Below, in pieces: positions 14,886-27,420 of a stretch of 64,000 bases of DNA (its first letter is position 1; each line of letters starts with the position of its first letter). The DNA lies in assembly GCA_028023455.1 (NCBI GenBank), contig JAQFVV010000007.1, positions 2,232,001 through 2,296,000 of the forward strand. Direction: 5' to 3'. The notes under the pieces were generated by a model, which was given only the letters and a program-made list of their open reading frames with translations, ran no database searches and was not told where the DNA came from. A program made the translations under genes and the position numbers. This DNA is from Epiperipatus broadwayi. Its lineage: Eukaryota; Animalia; Onychophora.

Positions 14886-15976
14886 GTTTAAATTCATCAA
14901 TGAATTGTCATTGAATCTAACACCACCTGAATTAGAAGACATTAATAAATGCTTATTATGGCATAATAACTCCAGACCTACATTATGGTAGATTCAAGGT
15001 AAGACTGCTTATTATAAGGAAGATTCTGGATAACAGGCAACTTATTTGAAAGTAAGTAGGATCTTTATTTTCAAAAAGGGCACTTGTGTCTGTCACTATT
15101 TTTTGCTTTTAGAATGATGTGCCTGATTTTATTAAGTTAGGAATTCTGGTTGACTTAACCTTGTAGTGTGCTAATTACCTCAGTTTATTTAGATTTCATA
15201 GTATTAAAGTTTTATAAACAGTCAAGATTTAATAAAAATAACTGTATAATAGTACAATAAGTTGGGATTGTTATTTATTTCCAAACGACTTTTAAAAAAA
15301 ATAAAGACTGTAGGGGGAGGAATAATAAAATAAAGATGAGTTTTGCATAATTATTCAAACCATCTTTTTGCAGGATCTTCTAATTTCTTATTTACTTCAG
15401 CAAACCTTTCTTATTGAATGACTTCCAGCACTTTCATATGTTCAATCTATCTAACTAAAAAAATAAAGTCCCAAAAGTTTGCTTGCAAAAGCCACATGAA
15501 AATATTTTCAAACTCCTAATGAACTTGAATTCTTTTATAACATGCTATAAGTAGTTGATTTTGTTTTTGGCAATATATTGTGAGTTTGTCAATGAATTAA
15601 AGATGTTTGTAAAACTAATAGATTTTATATGCTGTTTTGTTTTTTGCATGTATATATATTAGAAAATTAAATACTAACACCATGCTAGTAATGATGAATA
15701 AATTAGAAAATTATATAACATTAAAATATTAGCTAAAAAACAAAATTTTACTAATCATTTTTAATTAGCCCTAATTTAGACACAATTATTTGATTACTTT
15801 AAATATATTCTATTTATACACTTTTTAATTGGTTGTTTGTTATATACTATGCATTGTAAATATGAAAAGCCTAAAGCTAAAAAAGACGATAAAATAATTC
15901 AATTATTCTAAATTCAAAATTAAACAAAAACAGCCAAAACTTAAAAAAGTAAAAGATTCTTTAACACAATCAATTT

Positions 15977-16086
15977 TTTTTTTTCATATGTCATAGCATC
16001 GGCCGAGATGTGAACCCACACCCGTCTGCAACCAACTACTTGCTTGCAAGGCGGGTGCGATGACCTCTCAACTAACAACGCTTGAC
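15977..16086 (-). pseudogene. Retroposed tRNA-like sequence (tRNA-Gly(TCC)-like body, TGC at the anticodon position) or tRNA-derived SINE
   Basis: The minus strand reads GCGTTGTTAGTTGAGAGG...GCCTTGCAAGCA...GGGTTCACATCTCGGCCGATGCT, resembling tRNA-Gly GCGTTGG...GCCTTCCAAGCA...GGGTTCGATTCCCGGCCAACGC. It is followed by a short trailer and an A-tract. A 15-bp TSD TAACACAATCAATTT lies at 15962-15976 and 16087-16101. Confidence 0.75.
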
Positions 16087-19000
16087 TAACACAATCAATT
16101 TATCTGTAGTTGTGAATACTGTTTACACATGTTTAAAAGTTATGTTTTCTAGGATATTTGTCTGCAATTTCAAAATTCAAACAGCTTTCTGGTGGTTTAA
16201 ATATCAACAAAGAATCTTCCATTAACAGTATTATTATTATTACTAAATACAGAATCAAAAATCACTTATGTCTAAAAACAATCATGACCTATCACTGACC
16301 ATTCCATGGGACAAATCTTGTCATCTCTCACTGTTCCTACAATATCATAATCCAAGATTTGGTCTCTTTGAAATCATAGGAACATTGCAAAAGTTTTTGG
16401 AAACTCATGCTTTCTTATTATAATTTTTAGTTTAAACGAATGGCTGATGATGAAGATGACCATTAAAATAGGTTGCAATTGGTCTATTTTAGCTTGTACC
16501 TATTTTATTGCAGCTATGTCTATAATGGCTGCTGGTGACTAGATGGAATGTCTGCTGTCAAACTAATTTAGTTATTTTAATTATGTCATGCTTTCATTTG
16601 ATACAAAACTCAAAATGGTCATATGTATACCTATAACAAATTTCCTTAAAATATATCCATATGACATCCTGCTTTAGGAAATGTTGATTTTGGATTTGAT
16701 CTAACATGATTTCATTTAATAGAAAACATATTCTATTAAATGACTTTTCTGAATATGAAGATTGCATGGAATTGATGATTTACATAATGTTAGTCATGGT
16801 TTTAAAGCAATTTTTATATCAAACAGAGTTATTCTACAATGCAAAGTAAATTTATATGGCACAAATTACATGCGTAAAATTATTTTCATAAATCTATTTC
16901 ACTTTTTCCTCTCCAGTAATGGGACAATATAAACCCTGTTTAAATTAAACCAAGTAAAGATTGTATTCTGTATCTTGGTTCATTTTTTGCTCAGTTTGTA
17001 TTGAGATATGAAGCAGCAAAACACAATACTTTGATAAGTAATAAGTGTTTAATTAAAGGTTATTCTACTGAAATATGTCCAATAAGAAAAACAACCAAAT
17101 TAAGATAGTCAATACATTAGTGTTTTATGCCTCTCAATAAAACACTTTTTTAAAAAAAAAAAATTTCACAAATTTTTTTTTTTTATGGAGCGAATTCTAG
17201 TTTAGAGGGAAAAACAACTCTGACCCTCAGATTTGCCTAATCTGGTATTATTTTCACCATGAGGACTTATCTAAAAAAAAAAAATCTAGAATGACCATGG
17301 AATGGGTTATTTAAAGCTGCCTTAGCTTTTACTCAATTGATGTTGCTATTTATCAGCTTTTAGTAAGCTATATTTTAATATAAAAATACCCTCAACTTTA
17401 TTTATGATGCCACAAAGATAGTCATGAATAAGTATTGTCATAATCTCAACCTACTTTCAATTAATGGATTAATCCAGATTCCATTTTATCTTGATTGGAT
17501 GGACCAATGGATATTTGAATAGACAACATATCCAATAGTAGAAACAGGTCAATGGGGATGATGCTCAGTGAATCTGATTGTTTGCATTATGGAATAGGAT
17601 CTGGCTGTAAATAATCAGCTGAGTTGAAGTTAAAGTTAGGAAACAACAATTTACTGTCAAACCTGAAAACCAGTACACTATATAGTTAAAGCAGTGAGGC
17701 AAATTCATGTTAGAATTAAAAACTGCTAAAATGTAATTTAGTGATAAGGCAAGCTGTCACATGACAGCTATAAATGTCACTGTACATATGCATGAGGCGA
17801 GCTGTCACAGGATAGCTGGAAGTGATAGAAAAATATAAAAGAGTACCTGAAGTTCCATACATTAATAGTTGCATGGCAATTAAACACTAAACCAATTTAA
17901 GGATATCAAGCAAAGGTATAACAGTTGTATATATTATAAATATGTATTTGTATATTTGTTTTAATAAATAAATATTTTATTATATATTATACAAGTGTGT
18001 GATTAGTATAATCATGCATAAACACAACAAGTTGAAATTCAGTGCATTTATTGAAGTGCAAACAACAGCTTATAACCAATTACAGGTTTCACATAAAAAT
18101 AGTAAAGATGATGTACTAATACAAAATAAATAACTCAATCCAAATTCAAAATTAATCATTTTTGTTTTTATTCTGAATTGCATTTGGATCAGAAGTCAAG
18201 AAATTCAACTTGCATCATTAACTCTCTACTAACAGATTTTGCTAGCTTTTTTTTTTTAAACTTTAAAATTCATGTATTTTTTTTCTAATATTTTAATTCC
18301 AAAACAATTCTGAAGATGTCAGGATAATCAAAAAAGCAGGAATTTCAATGTATGGTAAGCTCTCGAAAGAGGAGAATCCACTGTATTCTTGGCAGTCTTG
18401 AACTTTGCAATAACTATGTAATATTACATTGAGACAATTGGATTTTTTTGGAAATTTTATCATTATTTTTGCATAATTGTATCATACTTATAAGGAATTA
18501 AGAATATATATTATTTTCTGCAGAAGTATTTCATTTTTAAATATAAAAGCTTATATATATTTTTGAGTCATGTTACAATGGAAATTATGATGGTAGTAAA
18601 TATGGATTGTCTAGAGAATTCCATCACTAACAGTCTGTTAGAAAATATAGCAATATCATAAAAATTAGTAAAAAAATTTGATTTTTTAAAGTATAAGTTG
18701 ATATATTTACTAAATATCAATAATTATTTGTTTATGTTTTAAAAACAAACATCAAAAAAGATTTCATTCATTTTTCAAATTCAATTTGCTCTTCCCAAAG
18801 ATGAATGATAAAACAGTGCTTTGTTTTGATTAAAATCTAAGTTTTTAAAATAATTCTGAAAATCAAATGTGATTTTTTAGAATTTACTTAATTTCTAGAC
18901 AAAAATACCTATCAAATGAAGTCAAATTTATTATATTCTGTTGTATAATAATGGTTTAATATTAAAATGAAAGTTGAAAGCTTGTAGCAAATGAGCACAA

Positions 19001-19169
19001 AGAAAACTGTTAGAGTAAAGGAGGGTTAAACAAAAGTAGCAAAAAACTCAAAAAGTCTGCTTTGCAGGGAAACCATTTATTGTGTTAAAGAATTGTTTAG
19101 TTTTTTATGTTTTGACTAATCTTGTTTAATTTTTGAATTTGGGATAATTGAATTATTTTATTGGATACT

Positions 19170-19545
19170 TTTGTATTTACCAGATTGGCAAGACCAGAAG
19201 TGGTTTTTTTATTCAAATTATATACTTTCAGAGCCTGTACAATTTTTCCCTTCAATTTTATATTAAAGAATATGTGTTAATAGTTGACTTAAAAATAATT
19301 TATAAAACTATTAAAAATTTCATTTAAAATGTTTATTCAAATGTTTTTATTTTATTTAGATTTTAACATGTAAACAAGACATGTGGGAATCATTTTCAGC
19401 AACTTTTTATTTGTCACTCTTTTGGCAAAAACAATATGAAACCATGCAATAACACCTAGACTTGTATTTAGATGAATTTATATGCTATCAATTACATAAG
19501 GACCAAGATCCATTTGTGTCTACTTTACATGCCTGTAAGAAATTG
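19170..19545 (+). mobile_element. Possible Merlin/IS1595-type transposase C-terminal fragment
   Basis: The frame from 19360 reads ILTCKQDMWESFSATFYLSLFWQKQYETMQ*HLDLYLDEFICYQLHKDQDPFVSTLHACKK, resembling the Merlin end motif HLxxYLxEF...DPF...L. No TIRs were found. Confidence 0.45.
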
Positions 19546-20681
19546 ACAATTCTTAAATACCCTTTTTCAGAAAAAAATGTTTTGTTTACAGCTTTTTTTA
19601 ATTTATGTTTATTACATTTTTATAATACAAAGTTCACTTAATAAATATAAAAAAATTAACAAATAAAGTGCAAATATTGTGACAAAAAAATTTATCACAA
19701 AATTATCTTTCTTTAAAATAAAAAAAAACAACAACACTGGAAATATTAAATACCATAGCTAGTTTTTAGTCATTTTGTTTTAGATAGTTACTGGATACCC
19801 CTGAAAGTGTAAAGTGAACAAACAATTAATTCTAGCTATGCCAAACTGATAAATACAGTAGTACCTTTTATTGACTATTTTAGCTTTAAGATTTCATATA
19901 GTGTATATAATAATAAAAGGCAGTAATAACTAAAGAAGAAAAAGTATATAAACAGAATTTAAAGTAATCTAAAATGGTGTTCAAGTTTAAGAATATTGTA
20001 AAATTGTTTAGCATTTAAATTAAAATGAATAGTATTAGTAAAAATCTGATTATATAAAGAAAGCTGTCTGAATAAAGAAGTAAATTTAAGCACATTGGCA
20101 CAACAAGATTAAATATAACAGAAAGAAGCAGGTCTTCTCATGAGACTTAATATAATAGTTAAAATTAAATCAGGTAGAATAACTTACTGATTTATAACTT
20201 TGAAAAGAAATTTGAGATCTCTATATTTCCATCTAGAAGAAAGATGAAGATCAACTTTATTTTCCAGATTGCATTAAACACTGACTGTAATAAATTACAT
20301 CCTTGATTATAGTTAGAATCCCAAATGACTGGACAATATTTAATAAAGGACAGAACTAGCAATAAAGATACTTTGAATTTTGTAGTATCATCAAAGTAAT
20401 AATTGTGCTAAAGTTGGCACCAATAATTTTAAAGGCTTTGCTAACAATCATTTCTATGTGATGAAGAAAGAATCTATTACTAGAAAATAAGACTCCCAGA
20501 TCTTTTTGGAATGCAATAGGATTAATTTTGTGAGAATTAATAAAAAATAAAGAAAGTAAATAAAACCAGCCTTCTTAAAAAATGAAACAAGAGAATAACT
20601 ATTAAAATTGTTAACTGATATATTATTTTAATTCATACCAAACATTAAAGTTATCAATATCTTTCAGAAGAACACAATTAA

Positions 20682-20897
20682 TTAGTGATGTGATTTTTCT
20701 AAAGATTTTCTGTCACCAGCAGGAAATAGAAGATAAGAAATATTTAGGCAATCCTTGAAGTCCTTGATATAAATGTTAAGAAGCATAGGTATTAAAATAC
20801 TATTGTGAAGTACACCTAAATTATAGCTGAAATTAAAGAAGATATTATCATTAAATTTAACATATGATGTAGGAGTATAAAGAAAAGATTGAACCAA
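20682..20897 (-). mobile_element. Degenerate non-LTR RT fragment
   Basis: LGVLHNSILIPMLLNIYIKDF...YLLFPAGD resembles GVPQGSILGPLLFNIYINDL...LFADD. Confidence 0.55.
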
Positions 20898-21220
20898 TGA
20901 ATAAGTTTAAATTTAAAAAAAAAAAAACTATTAGAAATGCAGTATATGAATATCTAAGGGTTATCTTAAACTAAAGAGTGGTTCATGGAAGTTAATAAAA
21001 TTAAAAAACTAGAAATAGTATTTTAAAAAAGGATAAAGAAAAATAAATAGAAAATAAAATAATGTAAAATATAAAAAAGAGATAGGAAAAAATAGATTTT
21101 CAAAACAAAAACAATGTAAGCTAATTATTATATAACTTTTCTGTCTGAAAATGAGTTAAGGACTAGACAACCATTTTAATAACAATCATTTTAATATTAA
21201 TTTTTTAATGTATAGCATAA

Positions 21221-21406
21221 AATTAAGAGCGTGCTAATAGCTCTAAACAAGCTTTTTTTTTTTTTTTATTCATGATAAATGCTACTACATGAATAAAAAA
21301 AATAAAAAAAAGCTTGTTTAGAGCTATTAGCACGCTCTTAATTTTACATATTTGTAAGTGCAAGCTATATATAAGTCATGTGACATCTGACTTGTTACTA
21401 TTACTA
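21221..21406 (+). mobile_element. Family A tail insertion with an inverted arm and a 16-bp TSD
   Basis: TTAATGTATAGCATAA occurs at 21205-21220 and 21407-21422. The arms (about 21218-21274 / 21288-21346) are reverse complements. The sequence matches 46117-46210 and 46493-46530. Confidence 0.8.
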
Positions 21407-22507
21407 TTAATGTATAGCATAATAATTTTATTAAATTCTGAAATTGAGATCCATTCTATAAAATGTGATTTTCCTTAAGATGCATTTTCAAATTCAAATT
21501 TTTTTTACTTTATTTGAAAAAAAAAAATCCCCATAGGCACATAATATTTCAAGAAGTAATATTATTAACAGCCAGTCTCTCACACTGAGCAAAGGGGAAG
21601 GGACAATAATTATTTAAATAAGACATACATTTATTATTAAAATGAATTAAGTTTTAGCTAAAATAATGCATATTTAAAAATGTTTATTTAGAGCGATTTT
21701 ATTTGGATTTAATATTTTAATCAATACACTAAATTCTAGTGTTAATGGTTTCCTATTGTTAAGTAAATATATGGCATATTAATTGTTAACAAACAATTAT
21801 GAATAAGTAATAAGCTTAGATTTTATTGGTAAAGAGCAGACTTATTAATAGAGTTAATGACAATGTTTTATCTCATCTCATCTAATTGCTTTATGTTAAT
21901 AATTATATTAATTATCATTGAATGTCATCAGCTAAAATGATTAACAATGTTTAAAAGATGACAATAAACACGTGAATTAGATGTTTATTTAGTTGAATTT
22001 ATTTAAAATAATATTTAAAGAACAAAATAAACACAACGTCGTTGCACCTATAAAGTTATTTAACATGGCAATCATTCTACCCTTTTTACCATCAGACTTT
22101 AAAAATAGGTAATTTATTTAAAGCACAACACAAATTCTACCAAGAGTCCTTAAGGCAGAGAAAAAAGAAGATATAGTTGCTTGACTCAAATGAATAAACG
22201 GGGCAAAGTGTTTAATTTCTCAACACATTGCAATACATTATTTTCTTAATCGGAATTTTTATAATGATAAAGAACAGAAGATAGAAACATACATATTCAC
22301 TATTGATGGGTAAATGAGTAGCTCGTTTTTCTTAGATCTAGGTTAAAGGAAAGTAAAAGAATTCACTAATTATCGCTTCAGAAAGATGTTTACTTCTCCA
22401 GTATTATTCAAAACTGTGACGAGATATTTTGCTGATGTTATCTTTATCTATCAATGAACTATTTAAGATTTATCTTATTCTTTTAGTAATTGATATATAG
22501 GCTTATT

Positions 22508-22862
22508 ATATACCTATATTAATATATAGGATATATAAGCACAGACTTTCACACGACCCACCACTCTCCACTCTATCTCATAACACTGATACACTTGAAC
22601 ACATATTGGAATGTGGAGTGGATTGAAGCCGGTTCATTAAAGTATAAAGATTGGCTATCTTAATATACTGTATATATATATATCAGCACTTATTGCATAT
22701 GTGTGTAGAGATGATAATCTGGACCAACTGTTGATTTCTGATTTAGCATGAAATACATATATTGGTGATTATTTATCTTTTCGACATATATGTGTTCAAG
22801 TGTATCAGGGTTATGAGATAGAGTGGAGAGTGGTGGATTGTGTGAAAGTCCGTGCTCATATA
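22508..22862 (+). mobile_element. Family B short element with 75-bp inverted arms and an internal hammerhead motif
   Basis: 22532-22606 versus 22788-22862 gives 70/75 reverse-complement matches. The interior matches 42700-42930 and 46834-46970. A possible TSD GCTTATT lies at 22501-22507 and 22863-22869. Confidence 0.8.
22714..22772 (+). ncRNA. Degenerate hammerhead (family B)
   Basis: The sequence is ATAATC TGG ACCAA CTGTTGA TTTCT GATTT AGCAT GAAA TACATAT A TTGGT GATTAT. Stem I is intact with a 3-nt bulge. A6 and stem II have decayed. Confidence 0.6.
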
Positions 22863-23906
22863 GCTTATTCTTTTAGGTTTATCCTGTATATGATATATAA
22901 TAGTAATGTACTTTAATTAGAACATATATAATGAAAATATTATTTAACTTTACTACCAGACATATTACCAACTTCTAATTTCGGGCTCAAATTTTTTAAA
23001 ATAAATTAATTAAAATTAATTAATTTTTATTAGTTATTGATTAGACTAGAGATTATTCACTTAATAAATAATATTTATATAGTGTAATTTTCACTATACC
23101 ACTTTTCCACAAGGTAGGCACTGGCTTCTATCTTCTGTATGGAGAGTTTTGCTTCTGTGTTGATAGCTTGTGTAGGCATGGAGAATGGTTATCATGTGAT
23201 GTTTAGTGGTACACTATGCAGAAGATTTGGATAAAGAATTTATGTCAATATACTTATACAAAAGTGGGATGATTATGTTAGCAGAATTGTTGAGTGTAAC
23301 AGTTGCAAGAAATGAGATAGAAGAATAGTTGCATTAATAAAAAATAGGGAATTGGAGAGATGGAGAACTAGTATGGAAAGTAAAAAGAGTTTGAATATAT
23401 ATAAAAATAAACAGAATATTGGATGTGGTTTAATTTATGATAATAGCAAGAAAAGTAGTTTACTGTTTAAGGCTTGAATGGGAATTTTAGCAACAAGATA
23501 ATATACAATTAAACGGAAAAATTTGGGTGATTTAGTCTGCAAGTTGTGTAAGGAAGGCATATAAAATATTAGCCATCTGTTAATTAAATGTAAATGCTTG
23601 CAAATAGGAAGGATACAGATAATGGAGTTGTGGAAAAACAAATATAAGCAAAGTGATTATATAGAAAGTGGGTTCTTGGTTTTTATGCTGTGTTTGGGAT
23701 AAGATAAGTGGGATTTAGATATAAAGACCATGGAGTTGATAAAAATTATGTTGTGAAAATGGGATGGAGTGGGATAGAGAAAAATATGAGAAAAACGTAG
23801 GGTGGGGAATGAAACAGGAAAGTAAAGTGGCTAACAGGTTTCCCTGGGCATGGTAGCTGAGAGATTCATGACTCCAAAAAAGGAGAAGCTGCAGTGCAGC
23901 TCATCT

Positions 23907-24790
23907 TATCATCTCATCAACACCTTGTAGAGGATTGTAATTATAAACATATGATCAAAGATGTAAAAAAAAATTATGATTATCAAGATGCACATTTCAT
24001 GCAAAACTAGCAGTCCAGCAGTTGGATCAAATCATATTCTCTTACACATATCTTTACCTTTATTCAGTGTATATAGAAAGCATATTACTACAGTTTAATT
24101 AATGTGTCAAACTTACTATCTTTGCAACATTGACATAAACTATTTGATGGAAGTATATTCATTATCCACTTAATGAATATATTTTTGAAAAAGTGATTTT
24201 CACTATATACTGAACAATGATAAAAATATGTGTAAGAGAATATGACATGGGCCAACTGATGACTACTGGTTCAGAATGAAATGTGTATCTTGGGAATCAT
24301 AATCCTTTTTACATGTCTTTCATCATATATTTATGATTGCACTCCTTCACACAATGTTAAAAGTGAATAGAAATCAGTCCTGCATGAGAATGGTATAGTA
24401 AAAATTACACAACAAAAATATTATTCATTAAGTTGATAATCTTTAGTCTAATGAATGATTAATAAAAATTTAATATACTTTTACCAAGTGGTTTGTGTTG
24501 ACATTGTAAGCATAGTAAGTTTGACACTTATCAATTAACATGTAGTAATATGTTATTTATATGTATTGAACAATGATAAAGATATGGACCAACTGGTGAC
24601 TGCTAGTTTATTATGAAATGTACATCTTAGGGATCATATATCTTTTTCACATGTCTTTGGTCATAAATTTATGATTACCCCCCCCTCTCCAAAGTGTTAA
24701 AAGTGGATAGACACATATACCTATCTTATTCATTAAATGAATAATCTCTACTTGATTGAATGACTAATAAAAATTATTAATATACTTCTA
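23907..24790. mobile_element. Family B2 cluster: one inverted and two tandem hammerhead-bearing units
   Basis: Hammerhead-like motifs lie at 23975-24036 (-), 24241-24301 (+) and 24581-24640 (+). The two plus copies are exactly 337 bp apart. The flanking sequences are mutually homologous. Confidence 0.75.
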
Positions 24791-25379
24791 TTAAATGTTT
24801 GAGTACATGTTAAACAAAACTGATTTAAAAGAGTGGAAAGCAACTTCCAGTAATACTATACTTTTCTGATATTTCATTCTGCTTTTGATGGAAAACTCTA
24901 GCATGGATATAAAAAAATAATTATTTTTTTTTTAAATAAAAAACAATAAAATAATGATCTATTGCTGAGAATTCATAAAAAGTTTGAGTTGTAGATGTGA
25001 CAGAATTGGGTTAAGAACATTAGACTCTTAGTTTTAGTCTGACATCCTCCCATTGCTCCAAACTATGCAAGGCAGAAACAATGAAAACATATTATTTGAT
25101 GTATATTTGTAAATAAAAATAAGATTTACTGTAGATAAATTTTATGAGAAAAGAGAGAGAATTCCACCTGAATAATTATAATACAGGTTTAAAAATAATT
25201 TAAGGTTCTGCTATTTTTATTATTATCTAGTAATTTAAGATAGCAGAAAAATAAATAATAATATAAACAAGTAATAGTTGTAACTGATAAAATATCATCT
25301 TAACAGAAATTTAAACTATAAGAAAAGGTAAGTGGGACTTCCAGATAATTTAGAAGCAAGTTGCTTAACAGTTTTCTGG

Positions 25380-27420
25380 AATATTGCTGATGTGATTAAT
25401 ATTCTGAAAAGCTACTGGTCTATCTTAAATAAATCCTTATAGGTAATAATTATTAATGCCCTTGCAAATCAGTCATCAACTGGTAGATGCAAGTAAGCAT
25501 ATCTCTGATCAATTTTTGTGAAGATTCTTTCATAAGACAATGTGTATCTGTTTGTCTGCTGGTGATGAATAATTATTAATTGCCAATGGTGTGTTGACTG
25601 TACATTGATAATCACCACATATCTGTGCATCACCATTTTTTTTGCCAATTGGTGCAATTATAGAAGTGAATTCTGATGAGATTTTAAGTTCAATGACTCT
25701 GAGGCCTCTCAAGCTCAGTTTCCACTTTAACTCTCAAGATTAACAACAGCTTATTAGTTTTACATTTTAACTTAAGATTAAGTGGACAGTAACATTAAAC
25801 ATTTTTGGGTGGTCATTTTTTACTCTGCCTAAGTTTATAAGCTGATTCACTTAGATCATCATATATCCTAAGTAAGTGACCCTGTCGTGACCTATGAAAT
25901 TACTATGTTCACTTGATGACATAATTAGAGTCAAAAATATTGTTGTTTTTTGTTATAGTGATTTTTACTTTGGCTTACTCTATGAGAGTGTTTAGTAATT
26001 GTTTTACTGCTAGGTTGCAGCTATTGTTTATTTCTATTTTTTAAATAATAATAGCTCATGTATTTTTGACACAAGGTAACTGCAGATCTAGAATCCAGTT
26101 CTTTGAAGTTGATATACCATTAATAATAATTCAGGTTTTAAAGACTAAGTCTGTGCCACTCACAACTTTACCTTTCTTGATATTAATTCTCAACAATTTT
26201 GTTTCACATTCACTGGGTTTTTTAGAATGGATTGGGTTTTTTCCCAAACAGACATGCTTAATGTGTAAGTTTTAGTTTGTTACACCTAAAAAAACTCTCA
26301 GAGCATTATTATTTCTAGTAGATTTCTAAAACTCGAGATTTATGATTGGGAAAAATTTTAAACAATCTAGTTTTCTGATAGACAGCTTTAATACTGGGGC
26401 TACTTTTATTTAATGGGATGGTCTAAATTGTGGTCCATTCAGTCAATGTTGCTTGTGAGACTGAAGACTCAGAGGTAGTACTTGGATCACTTAATAATTT
26501 GATCAAAAGCTCATGACCTCACAGTCTGCAAGATTAAATGATCTTTTAGCACTTCATTTAAGAAATCCCCAAAATGACAGCTCACCACTAGCTTCCTAAG
26601 CATAGTGGCAAAATCTTTCATTTTTTCCTTTTCCTCTTGAGTAAAGATATTGAGTGATTTCTTTGCATTATTGTTAAAGGTTTTGAACAAAAAATTCTGC
26701 CAGTAGATATAGTGCTTTGTCAAAATCAAGCTCAGCTGATGGCAACCCTACTGACTATTAGTGCAAAATTGTATATGTCCTTTACACAAATCATTATGAA
26801 TATTGCTAACTTTACTTCATTCTTTAATCTGATTTGCTTGAAGTAAAGAAGTACTTAATCAATGTAGGTTGGTCAATTCTGCAGATAGCTTAGATTGAAT
26901 TCCTCCAATGAACCAATTTAGCTATATTAAACTTTTTTCCCCACCATAAGGGAAAAAATCAATTGCCACAAAACTAAATAATCGTGGCAATTCTCTTCAG
27001 CTCCTAAGAGTCATTCTGTTGAACTGGACCAAATCTATTGTTGTGTTTGTATATGATTGTGATAAATATAGAGTTGCATTTCAAGATTAAATATTTTATT
27101 AAGAACTTATATACAATACATATTTATATAAAAATCTGCTACTATTGGGGAATAATATCTAATTGCAAACAACTATCAATGAAAGGGAGCTCAGGTGTTC
27201 TTCTGGATGTGCCTAATACTCCCAGATGTACTGTGGCAAATGTCTTATGTCAGGATTGATATGTAACAGCTTCCAGTTCAACTGTGTACATGTCTTACTG
27301 CTTTTAAAAATATGGGACAACTGGTATAATAATCATTGTTGCCTGTTTTTACTTCTTAATGGACTGCCAATCAGATTCACTGAGTATCTTCATCTACTAG
27401 CTTATTTCTGTCATTAATCT
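25380..27420 (-). mobile_element. Degenerate Ty3/Gypsy LTR retrotransposon (gag, RT)
   Basis: RT: IIAPIGKKNGDAQICGDYQCTVNTPL (compare PIVxVxKKxGxxRxCGDY). Gag: DFATMLRKLVVSCHFGDFLNEVLKDHLI. It has many stops and frameshifts. The outer boundaries are approximate. Confidence 0.8.

Noticed and set aside
15995-16081. Functional tRNA-Ala(TGC) gene
   Set aside because: The D, anticodon and T stems are mismatched, the B-box is degenerate, and the A-tail with TSD indicates a retrocopy.
22107-22125. 15-nt GT-AG 'tiny intron' here, and a similar one near 36838-36852
   Set aside because: Removing the second does not give an open frame, and such short GT..AG strings are common in AT-rich DNA.
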